Below are positions 51,101 through 61,989 of a stretch of 64,000 bases of DNA, piece by piece. The notes beneath the pieces were generated by a model. That model was given only the letters and a program-made list of their open reading frames with translations. It was not told the origin of the DNA and ran no database searches. Location of the stretch: contig JAYWIR010000088.1 of assembly GCA_036172245.1 (NCBI GenBank), forward strand, positions 186,001 to 250,000, written 5' to 3'. Numbering within the stretch: the stretch's first letter is position 1; each line of letters begins with the position of its first letter. Source of the stretch: Raillietiella orientalis. Taxonomy: Eukaryota. Made by a program: the position numbers and the translations under genes.

Positions 51101-53690
51101 TCCCCTGGCGGATGCCACTCCCTGGATTTCGGTCCCTTGTCGCGAGGCCGCATCTCCAAAATTAGCCGGGAATGCTCCGACAGCGTCGACGCAATGTTGC
51201 CCCGTTTGCCGACCAGTGAACACAGGTCAGTGTCGAGGAAGACGTGGATGATGCTGCGGACCATTCTTCTCTCACCCGCGAACAGGTTGCGCGCACGCAT
51301 GGCGGCGCACAACTCGTTCATCGCGTTCTCTTGTGTTTCAGGCTCACCAGTTTGCAGTCGAAGATTGATATCTCCGGCTATGAACTGAGCCTTTCGTACG
51401 TTCGTGTCCGCCAGACAGTCGCGTTTCATGGATTCAAGCAACCTGGTACGGTTGCTGTGTCCCTTTTGTCGGCATGGGGCGTACACATTCGTGACGATCA
51501 GATCAATTGAGTCGGACCAGCCGAGAATCAGCTGAGCGACCCGACCGACGTAATCGAAGCGCACGCGTTTGACGGCAGCGTCGATGGCTGGCTTGACGAA
51601 GAACGCGACCCCGCAGGTGTTGCGGAGACCGCATTGCCGGTACATCCCCGCGATCGACTTGATCTCCTGGATGTCTGCCGCGGAGATCACGTGGATCTCC
51701 TGCAGCCGGGCAGCTCACGCAGGGTGTCGGCCGTATCTCGCCTGTTACCTTCGTCGCGCAGCCCGTTGACATTCCAACAGGCCGCGCGTATCCGACGGAG
51801 ACAGGCGAGCCCAGGTGTTAATCCTGGGAAAGTGGCTGTGAGGCATCCGTCACCTGCTGGGGCGGGACGCTAGGTGGAGGAAGAGGGTCAGGTGGTGAAG
51901 GCACCTGGTCTGCCTCCATGGGTAACGGCGCGCAGAGCAGGTCAACCACAGGTGGGGTCGCGCCTACCTGTTGGCCCTCCTCCATGGGCGGTGGCTGTTG
52001 ATGGTCGGCGACTGCAGGGGGGACTTCGCCCCCGTGCTTACCCTCCTCCATGGGGGTGGCCTGCTCGACGGCTTCCGAGCGTGGGAATTCCTTCTCCGGG
52101 GTACCCACGCTGGCGACGGCTTCCGTCTTCTCGATGGTGGAGGGGAGGCGCCTCTTGGTCTTCTGGGACTTGCGTTCCGACTTCCTGGGGGTGCCTCCGC
52201 GTAGGAGGATGTACTTTCGGGCTCTAGGTCTAACTCACTTGTGGGGCCTTCTTCGCAGGAGCCGGCCTTCGCAGGGCCTTGCGCGAGGGGTTCTCACGCT
52301 CGGCCAGCGTGACCGCGAGCTCCTCCGCCGCCTGCGCGAACGCGGCGTGCCGGCCTTCGACAGCCGCTATGTCGCGCGGCTCACCCTCTGTGTAAACAGA
52401 GGGTTCGCCTTCGCGTACCTCGGGCGCGGCGGGAACGGCTAGGGGAGGCTCGTCGCCCCGAGTGGCAGCCTCGGGAACGACGATGCGTTCCAGTGCCACC
52501 GTGCACTCGCGGAGAGTTTTCGATCGGTAACCGGGTTTTTTCGGCTTCGCGTTCTTCTCTGCTTTCACGTCTTGCTGGTGGGGAAGATTTGTTTCTTTGG
52601 GGCATTTACAACCTGCCAGCCCTCTTTTCCTTCCACTACTTGGAAAGGCCTATCCTCCGGATGTTGCGCCGGAGGTTGAGGTGCTGGCAGCTTCTGCCGG
52701 CCACTTTCAACTTTAGGTCTTGCGACCTAGTTTGCCTTTTTCACCGGCTCCTTTGTGGCGGCAGGTGGCAACAGGGTGGTACGCTTGGGGCACACGCCCC
52801 GAACGTGGCCCTGCTTCCCGCACAAGTGGCACTGTATATTCGGGTACCTTTTTCGGAGGTGTCCTACTGTATTACAGTATCCGCAGTAGCGGGGTTTCCC
52901 TACGAACCAGAGGTCTACCGGCTTTGGCAGACGTCCAGCTTGTGAGGTAGCGCTCTTCCCTCGTTCGCAGTTACACGTGCGGCGGCCTGCCCCCCGAAAA
53001 GGCTATTGTAGCCGCCGAAGATAGTGGCCTTTGGCAACAGCGTGTGTGCCTCACCGAACTTCTTAAGTTACTTACCAATCGCAGACCGCGTCATGCGGCT
53101 GGTGATGCCAGTAAGATGGACCACTGCGGAGCGGTCCATCGTGACTGGCAGGATCTTGCGCCCATCCATGATCAGCGGGGTGGTGATCAGACTTTGCACC
53201 AAGCTAATGTGCTTACAGACAACCTCGACGCGCTGACCCCCGCTAAGCACGGTGAGGCCGTCAAGATCCTTCTCCAGAGTATTGGCGTTCTGCAGCGCCT
53301 TCGTAAAGGCGCGTGCAGTTCGTAAAGGCCCATCAAAAAGGTTGCCTACCTGATAGACTAAGCTGGGCTTGTACCCAGCTGCCCGGTAGGCAGCCATCTC
53401 GGTCATGGCCTCCGCGCTGGGCGCGGCCACTATGGCGCTCCAGCTCCTTGCCTTGGGCGTCGAGGGCGATTTCGGGGCGGAAGCCCCTGAATCTGTAAGC
53501 TGTAGGGGTTGACAGGCGTCCCCCACACCTACCTCCATCGTGGTGTCCTCAGGCAAGGTTGCCATCGGACATCAACGATGTTCCACATTAAATAACCACT
53601 GATAAACCGCCTTACTTTCGACTCTCTCGGAAGCGAAGGAAAAACACGTCCTTCCCACCTTCCTTGGAAGGGGCCGGGTGCAACTAGGCA
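48110..53690 (-). mobile_element. Near full-length L1/Tx1-like non-LTR retrotransposon (ORF1 ~51800-53565; ORF2 APE-RT-zinc finger ~48265-51770), frameshifted
   Basis: APE: GVAFFV, NVYAP, AGDIN, LSEH. RT: KAPGEDGLPAEFF, WRPITIVNTDAK, EQTYAVPGRS, GIRQGDRLSPLLF, YADD, YLGVPLG. Then GGL and the C-terminal zinc finger. ORF1 has RSWSAIV..GYKPSL and CCHC knuckles. GGACGTG at 53645-53651. Confidence 0.95.
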
Positions 53691-54965
53691 GCGAGCTCCT
53701 CCACCGGTCGCTCGAAGGCTAAGTCATCGTTGATGGCCTCGGGGACGGACGCTGCCACCGTCTCGCTCGCCTCACTGTTGACATTGTCAGCAGAGGATTG
53801 CTCGTAGGTTGCGGCGAGTTCTTTGCAGCGTTCGACAACGTCGGGAACGCGCTCCACGACGACGCTACATTCTTTAATAATCTCGCTACCCTTCTGCTTT
53901 TTCTTGCGTTAAGCGACTTTTTTCTCGAGTTGACGTTCTTTTTCGACTTGCTGCCTCTTGCCACCTGCCACACAGGCTCCTGACCGTTTCCCTCGACCTG
54001 ATCGACGTTGTTCGCTGGGGACTGGGGTGCGGCCTGGGCCTTGGGCTCGGGTGGCAGAGCTTCCGCCACTAGCCTATTTTGAAGTACCTTGGCGCGTTTT
54101 CTCGCGTTCCTTGAGGACACAACGCGCACAGATGCCTGTGGGCACACCTACCGCGTGTGGCCCGTATTCCCGCACTCATTCCACTGCATGTTGGAGCACC
54201 TCTTCTTGAGGTGTCCCGACGTATTACAGAAGTCACGGTATTTGGGCTTCCCCACATACCATAGTTCGACGGTTTCGCCACCGACCACCAGTTTGTGGGG
54301 AGGAGTACAGCCCTCTTGGACGGTCATGCGTGAAGCCGTAAGGCCGCATTGCAGTTCGGTATATTCAGCAAAAAAACCAAGATTGGATCACAATGCATGA
54401 ACCGTCCCGTATCGCTGCAGTGCGGCGCGTAAGGACTCCCGACCCATCCGCGGTCACACCTAACAACTGGACCACCATACTTTGATCCACCGCAATGGGA
54501 AGGAGCCTGCGTGTTCTCATCACCACGGGTGTTTTAAGCAGACGGTGGGCAAGATCTGCCTGGTTGCAGATTACCTCAACGTACTACCCCCTGCTGAGGA
54601 TGGTCATAAAGATCTCTTCTTCCTGCACTTAAGGGCGCGCATCCACTTCGAGAATTGGCGCGCGCTCTCAACAGAATGGAGATGGCCTACCTTGTTGAGT
54701 AATTAGGGGTGATACCCCTTTTCCACCTAAGCAGTCAATTACGCCGCGGCTGCAGGTTTGGGGCTTCCACGACGGCGATCCACTTCCGCGTTGCAGCGGG
54801 GACCGATTTTGTCGTGGCGGATGTCCTCACCTCCATCGCCACTGGTGGTCATGTCATGCATCACTGCCTGATCAACCACCGAACCACAGAAAACTTCGCT
54901 ATAAGGTGAGGGTTGTCAGCACCGAGGAGCAACAAGAAAATGCGTCCATCGCGCAGAAGCAAGGC
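53690..54965 (-). mobile_element. 5'UTR and decayed ORF1 (likely 5' part of the copy continuing at 47490)
   Basis: LWYVGKPKYRDFCNTSGHLKKRC and CRECGNTGHTR knuckles; ends at LAFERPVEELAA. Confidence 0.8.
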
Positions 54966-54971
54966 GTTCCA

Positions 54972-57900
54972 TTTTCACCCGGATTTCGCCGAAGTGTTTA
55001 TTGAGAAATGAACTTTTACAAGGACGTGCAGTGGCTAGACCAATGTTCCAGCCACGCACGAAGTAAAAGCTTGCAGGGTCAAAGGTTGTCAGACTGGTAC
55101 GGAGCAAAACAACAGCAGGGGAAAGGGGAAAAACAAAAAAACTAAACAAAAAAAGTTGGTGGATACGGGAAGGGATCACTGTTGCTGCTGGGGCCGTTGA
55201 ATCCTTTTCAAGATGCCGGCAAGCTTTTGTATTCGCGCATACAGGTGGGATCATCGCGACGCCCTCCCCAGGAATTGGGCGGCGCCCTGGACGAAAACAT
55301 CCTTATTGCGTGGTGCTCCCGTACCTTGCTCCATGGGGCGACGATCCTGCGGATGCAGCACAGGGCTGCTGACGAGGCCGCATGCGGAAGGACGTCCGCA
55401 ACGAAGAAGACTTTCAATGCGTTCCTGGGGTGTCCGCAGGGGATTCCGATGGCTGCCACAAAGCGTAACCAAAGAGGCCGAGGGGCAACACAATCCACTA
55501 AGAGATGAAGGAGGGTTTTCCGTTCCCCACACCTAACACAGTTTGGATCGAGAGCTCCCCAAGTCCAGTAGTGCCGGCGGGAGTTGCAGGGGATTCCCCA
55601 ATGCAGTAACAAAAGAGCCCACTTCTCCCATTTTTAGGGGAGGGTGGAGTGTTCCATAGCACCTGTGGCCACTTCAGATGTTCAATGGGAACATCGAGCA
55701 GCCTGCCACAGCGCAGAAGTCCATTGGGAGGTGTACTCTGGGTCGCAGCGTCTGTTAACTGGCCCTTCTTCCACTCTCCCTACTTCTCCTTTCCCGAAAA
55801 CGTTGCTTTAACCTACCACTTCGCCGAAACATTGCTGTCCTGATCTTCCACATGGGAGGGCAGCACAGCAGCAAGGGGGTCCTTCCTGACCACCCTCGCT
55901 TGTTCGGATCCTCCAGGATCTCTCGGAGCGTAAAACTTCTGTAGCACCCAAACAGGAACCGTAATTGCTGTTGGGCGCATTGCATGCCGCACTGTGCCCA
56001 TGTGTGAACGGTTTCCTGGAACTAGGGCATACGGTTTGCGGGTCGACAGGTGATGCATCCTTGATTTTTCCGTGTCAGCGCAGCCACCCTCCGTAGCTGA
56101 AGTCCACATCTGTTGACACAGCGACGGAGTGCAAGAAAGTACGTGAGTCCCATCTTCCCGATGGCTTCCTTGACGAGGAGACGTGCAGTGACGCACCAGC
56201 AGGTGCATCACAACTCCTTCACAACAGCCAACATCCGAAACTGGAGCTGAAGCTCCAGCCGATCCAACGTCAGGATGCCTAGACCGCCATCCCGACGCAG
56301 AGCGTAGGAGCGCTTCAAGCTGACTCGGGTTCTCCGGTGGCTCCAAAGGGCGATACGGAGGAATATTTTCGTCTGTTTTTTGATCGTCTCTGTAGGGGAT
56401 CAAACAAAAGCCAGGGAACGGAGGATAGGAGTCACGAACTTGTTCCAAACCGCGGCCCATTCCTGCGGGAAAAACCTGCCTCCTCGGAACGGGCCAATCG
56501 CCGTCTACTTTTTGCTGGCAGTCGGACCACGCTTCCGCAGGGGAGTAGTACCCAACGGCACACCAAGGTACTTGATGTACCCGCCCGTGGGGATCCTTAA
56601 ACGGATCCTTTCCGACCGTCCTGCCCGCGAAGTGTCCGTATGTAGCAACGACGACTTCGCTCTGTTTACCAAGGGGCCTGTACCACGGCACAGCAACTCG
56701 AAGAAATCCTTGAGTGCCGATGTCGGGGTGGACCCGGGAAGCAGAAGCAGGTCTTCGGCATAGGCCAACACGGCAGGCGTGCCTGCACAGGAGCTCGGCA
56801 GGGTTGCCAAAGTCTCCCTGTAAGCTCTCAGCACCCACTCAAAGAAGATGCTGAAGAGCAAGGGGCTGAGCCTGTTACCCTGCCGGATGCCGCGACGAAC
56901 CGGCACGCCGTACACGTGTCGGCCGCTGAAATTAATGTTGATGTATGCGAAGCGCTATCAGGAGCGCTGTTAGGCGAGGAAGACGGCCGGAAATGCCAAG
57001 CGTTCCAGGAGCTCCAGGAGGAGCTCCTGGTCGACACAGTCGAAAGCTTTACGCAAATCGACTGGGACCGCAAGGGCTCCGGCCGCCGCATCTCCCCTCA
57101 GGCTTCCCTCCCCCCGGTCAGTAGACAGTCCAGGACTCTTCCGACCTAGCTGAGCCTCGCGTTGTTGCAACTGCCAAAAGGTGCTGGTGGGGAATAGGTT
57201 GGCTTCCATGTTTCGTCCGGGAACAGCGTGTGTCTGTTCCTGACTGACCACGGATTCCGCTACCCGTCCCAGTCGCTTAGCCCAGAGCTTGGCGAGCAAC
57301 TTTGCGTCCGCATTCACTACAGTGATGGTACACCAGTTGCCAACTTTGCGCAAGTCTCCTCCTTAGGAGAGGAGACGTACTCTAGCTGACCGGAACGAGT
57401 TGGGGACATCACCACGTTCACGGATCATCATACATAATTTGAGAACCAGGGGGGTGATCTCTGCCGTAAGCATTGATAAAATTCGGCTTGCTGGCCGTCT
57501 TCATCTGTTGCTCTAGGTTTTAATTTTGCGATGGCGGAGACAATCTCCGCCATCGTGAATTATTGATGTAAGGTGTGACGTTCGTCCTCCCGTAGCGCGG
57601 GCGCACCTTCTGGCAGCAGATGCTGCTGAAGGGAACGCTCTGGATTTTTTCTCGCGTATAGGGAGTGGTAAAAATCTTTCAAAAGGCGGCAAACCTGCGC
57701 TGGAGTTGAGCTCGCCTGGCCTTGTTCTTCCAGTAAGCAGGCAGACTTGTATTGCCAGGCCTGCCTCAGCTCCAGCCTTGTACTCCGCCAGGCGACGGAC
57801 GTCTAGCTTGTTGGTGAAATGACGTTCCCGGAGATAGTTCTTGTCGTTCCTCACGTCTTCGCCATGTTGCCCCGGTAATGGGAATCGCGTGTTCGCCGCC

Positions 57901-59690
57901 TTCCGAGCGTGGAAGTTCCCCATCTTGGGTTGTCCCGTTGTCGTCGACTTCTCCGGCTTCTACTGTTTCTTCCTCTCTAGACGGCGATATGCATTTCCTC
58001 GGTTTCTGGAACTTGCGTCCCGTCTCCCGTGAGGGTGCGTCCGCGGAGGAAGGTGAGCTTCCGTCCTCCCGGTCGGACTAAGCTGGGGAGGCCTTTTTTA
58101 CCGGAGCCGGCCTTCTCACGACCATGCGTGAGGAGTTCTCTCGCTCGGCCAGCGTGTTCGCCAGCTCTTCCGCCGCTTTTACGAATGCGTCATCCTCGCT
58201 GTCGGTGGGCGCGTCGCGCGACTCACATTCTGTTGAAACACAGGGTTCGTGCTCGCGAACGACGCTGGCCCGTATAAACAATTGGAGGGGGATTGTACCC
58301 GGGTGCTGTTTGCAGGCATGTCTAGGCGCTCGAATGCAACTGAGCACTTACGAAGAGTCTCGGTACGCGGCTTTTTCTTTGTGTTTGCGCCGTTCGCGAC
58401 TGTCTCCGTTTTCTTCTCGATTTCCTCCTTTTTATCTTTTTTGGCTTTTACGAGCTGCCATTCCTCTTCTACCTCTATGACTTCGGGGAGCTTGTTCTCC
58501 GATGTCGGACTGAGAAAAAAATTAACCACAGAATTAACATACTCATACCATCAAACATTTCCTACTTTTGAAACCTAGACTACATAATAGGAATCTTTCT
58601 AATTACCCAACTATTTACAGGCATTATCATCTCCATACATTACATCCCCATACCTCAGAAGCCTTTTCATCAATCAAGATAATGTACAACACCAATAACG
58701 GATGATTCGGGCCATTGGGGCGTTAGTTGCTGCACGCGGCTATTTTCCCATTCTCTTTTAGTTTCCCCGCGCGTTCCTCCTGCGCCTTTTTGCCTGCCGG
58801 AGGAATGGGGTTGGGGTGTTTTGGGCACACAAGCTGGACGTGTCCCTTCTCCCCGCGCAGGTGGCACTCGATTTTGGGGCATTCCTTACGGAGATGCCCT
58901 ACTGCATCGCAGTAGCCCCAGTACCCGGGCTTCCCCACGTACCAGAGGTCCACCGACTCGCTGGCGAGCTCAACTTTTTGGGGCAGCGTACTTTCCTCTT
59001 CAACCGTGACAAGCGCCCGGCCATACTTCCGAAGAGGCTTCCATAGCTTTCGAAAATTGTTGGCTTAGGCCACAATTTTCGAGTGCGTCACCGAACTTAG
59101 TAAGTTCGTCTTGACCGAAGAGCGCGTCATGCGGTTTGCAATACCGGTGAGATGGACCACGACGGACCAGTCCATCGACACCGGGAAGATAATACGTCCG
59201 TCCACGATCAAGGGGGTATTGATCAAGCGCTGGGCCCAGCTGAGGACGGATTGGCCATCAGGATCTTCACGTGCATTCATTTTTGGCAACGCTCTCCTGA
59301 AGGAGCGTGCCGCCTTCCCGTCTAACAAGGGACCTACCCTCTATACAAGTGAAGCTTTGTATCCTGATTCCCTGCAAGCGGCTTGCTCAGCCAATGATTC
59401 CGCGCTCAGCGCGTCACCATGGCGCCATGGTCACCATGGCGTCAACATGGCGTCATGGTCACCATGGCGCTCCAGCTCCTTGCCGGTGGCGGGGATGTTC
59501 CAGTGGAGATGCCTCCATCTCTAGGTTGCGCAGGTGGACAATCCTCCCCTACACCTACCTCCATCGCGGTGTTCTGAGGCTTCGCTGCCATTGGATACCG
59601 ACGATGTCCACACAAACACAAACACTAATAAAGCTTCCTGCCTTGCTCGCTAGCTCAGTGCAGGAGAAACACGTCCGCTGAAGCGGCGTG
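54972..59690 (-). mobile_element. Long decayed L1/Tx1-like copy (5'UTR, ORF1 interrupted by a NUMT, endonuclease deleted, RT, zinc finger, 3' end)
   Basis: GGACGTG at 59670-59676, ATG at 59591, CGYC-like and CHLR knuckles, DLRKAFDCV, GIRQGNRLSPLLF, YAED, YLGVPLG, CVRCGERKTLLHLLVDC; terminus at 54972-55002. Confidence 0.9.
58515..58708 (+). pseudogene. cob: NUMT: mitochondrial cytochrome b N-terminal fragment
   Basis: In invertebrate mitochondrial code: LMPSNISYFWNLDYMMGIFLITQLFTGIIISMHYIP / HTSEAFSSIKMMYNTNNGWF (TGA=W twice, one frameshift). This matches the cytb pattern PSNISYWWNFGSLLG..QILTG..MHY..AFSS..N.GW. AT-rich and G-poor relative to flanks. Confidence 0.88.
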
Positions 59691-59696
59691 TAGGTT

Positions 59697-61000
59697 GTCA
59701 CCCGGCTACGCCGGGCCGTTTATTTAAACTTTACAAAAAACGCGGTGTGAAATAAGGGGAGTGTTACCCACCTGCTCCCCCTGCATTGGGGTTGCCAGTT
59801 GTGCGTTGTCGAAGAGAGTGAGTTTCTCACCCTCGATTCTCACGCTGCGGTCTTCCCCTTTGGATTCCGGTTCATCGTTCTCTTGGCTAGACGGGGTGAG
59901 CCTCCAAATATTCGTGGACTTGCGTCCCGTCTTGTTTGGAGGCTCCTCCGCTGAGGAGGACGAACTTCAAGCATCCCGATCGGGGTCACCTGCCTCAGTT
60001 CTCATGGATGCGGGCGGCCTTCTCAATTTCTTTCGTGCCAAGTTCTCACAGCCGACGAGTTCGGCCGAGAGATCTTCCGTCGCCTGTTCTATGGCGGCGT
60101 CCTCGAGGGCGTCGAGCGGCTCCCCCTCTACGCAGACGGTTCGCCTGCGACCGTCACGGCATCGGCGTAGACGAAGGGGGGATCGCTCTTCCGGTGGAGG
60201 CATGGAGTGCCTCCATATGCTTCAAGGCCATCGAGCATCTGCGGAATTTTTCGCGGCGCAGTTTTTTGTGCGGGGCGTTTTTCTACTTTTTCGGATTTCC
60301 TCGGGCCTTCACCAATTGTAACCCTCGCTCTCACCAGCTTTGTCGGTACATTTTTCCGTCGCGGACCGCGTTTGCTTGCTGGGTTGAGGATCCTCATTTT
60401 GTGTCGGCCCTTTTTTCATAAAACTACCAGTACTGGTAGCTTTTGCAGTTTTCTGGCGCATGTATCTTGCGCTTCAGACAGAGCTGCGGGTACCGGGTTT
60501 TCCGTTTGGGGTATGCGCTTCCCATCTGACCTTTTTTCTTACAAACGAAGCATGCGATGTTCGGGCACCGTTTCTTCAGGTGTCGCGGAACATCGCAGTG
60601 CCCGCAGTATATGGGTTTCTCCAAGTACCAGACATCCACGGACTCGTTTTCGAACTGGATCTTGTGGGGAAGCCCTTTATTTTCCGTAAGTGTGATGTTC
60701 GCAGCTGCCAGCCCGCTGAAGAGCCCACCGTACCCTTCAAGAACGTTCGACTTGGCCCATAACGCCGCGTTATGGGCCAAGTCGAACATAACGTGTTCGG
60801 TGCCCAATTCCAGCAATTTCTCATGCACTGCCTTTTTTCCATTGGACAGTTGATGCCCTTTAGGTGCAACAACCTCGATTGATCTTGTGAAGAGAAGACC
60901 TTGAGAACGTTGAGTACGATGGGGATCCTTAACAAACGCCGAGCCAGACTTGCTTCTTTGCAAGTGAGCTCGATGCACTGATCCTCACTCAGCACTTTTT
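59697..61000 (-). mobile_element. ORF1-only derivative with intact family 3' terminus
   Basis: CGHCDVPRHLKKRCPNIACFVCKKKGQMG, EDLSAELVG, PMQGEQVGNTP, then within ~40 nt AATAAACGGCCCGGCGTAGCCGGGTG. Confidence 0.8.
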
Positions 61001-61129
61001 CGAGACGTTAGCCTTATTCTCCGAATTTCCCTCAACTTTTTTTCCCTTCTTGTTGCCGATTTTCCCATTCCCTTTCTTTATACACCGTTGCACATGCAAC
61101 CATGTGCACGCGAAGAAGAGGTTGGCCTC

Positions 61130-61960
61130 CATACTTCACCCGGGAACAGCGCAAGTCTGCGCCGGGCTAAATATGGAATTGGCTACCTGCCCCAAACGCG
61201 AAGCCCACAGCCCGGCAATCAGCTTCGCGTGCGGACGTGTTTTTTAAGCGCTCCTTTGCGCCTGTTGTGAAGCCTTTTTTTTTTTTTTTTTTGAAGCGTT
61301 TTTCGTTAGTCATTGTCTGTGGCGCATCTGCGGTGTCCAATGGCAGGAATGCTTGAGGACAACGTGATGGATAAAGGAGGGGGAGAGGCTTGCTCTCCTC
61401 CCCAACCCATGGAGATGGGGTCGACCGCTTCCACGGAAGAGAGGGCAACCGCCCCCTTGAAAGAGGGGACGAATGCCACTCTGGAAAAGGGCGCAAACGC
61501 CCCCTTGAAGAAAGGGGCAACCGCGTTCGTGGATCCGTCTTCTCCACCCACGAAGACGTGGAGCGCCGTGGTTGCAGCGCCATCTCCTAAATCCATGGCA
61601 GAACAACTTGCCTACCGGGATCAAGGGTATAAGCCGTCCTTGATTTATAAGGTAGGCAATGTATTTGTGTTGAACACCGCTCGTAATTATGAGAGTTACA
61701 GCAGTTACACGTAAAGGAGGAGGACCTGGAAGACCTTACCGTGATGAGCGGGGGTCAGCGGGTGGAGCTGACTTGCAAAGATGCAAGCCAGGCTCAGCGC
61801 CTGCTGAGTGCCCCCCTTATGCTGGAAGAGCGAAAGGTATTCCCTGAAACAGAGGATCGCTCGGTTGTATCATATCTCACCGGTGTAACTTTTCCGTATG
61901 AGCAAAGCTGGAGTGAAGGAAGAGCTGAAAAATACGGTGCTGTTCCAACTATATCACAGC
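61130..61960 (+). mobile_element. 5'UTR and ORF1 N-terminus (ATG 61340), plus strand
   Basis: GGACGTG at 61233-61239; KTWSAVVAAP..GYKPSLIYKVGN; SGGQRVELTCK. Confidence 0.85.
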
Positions 61961-61989
61961 CGCCCTGCGGAGATCCGTTCGATCTCTTG

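Noticed and set aside
29531..61000. Telomere-elongating (HeT-A/TART-type) array
   Set aside because: Polarity flips at 61.1 kb, and copies are nested or carry a TSD, indicating internal insertion. No telomeric repeat seen. Not fully excluded without chromosome context.
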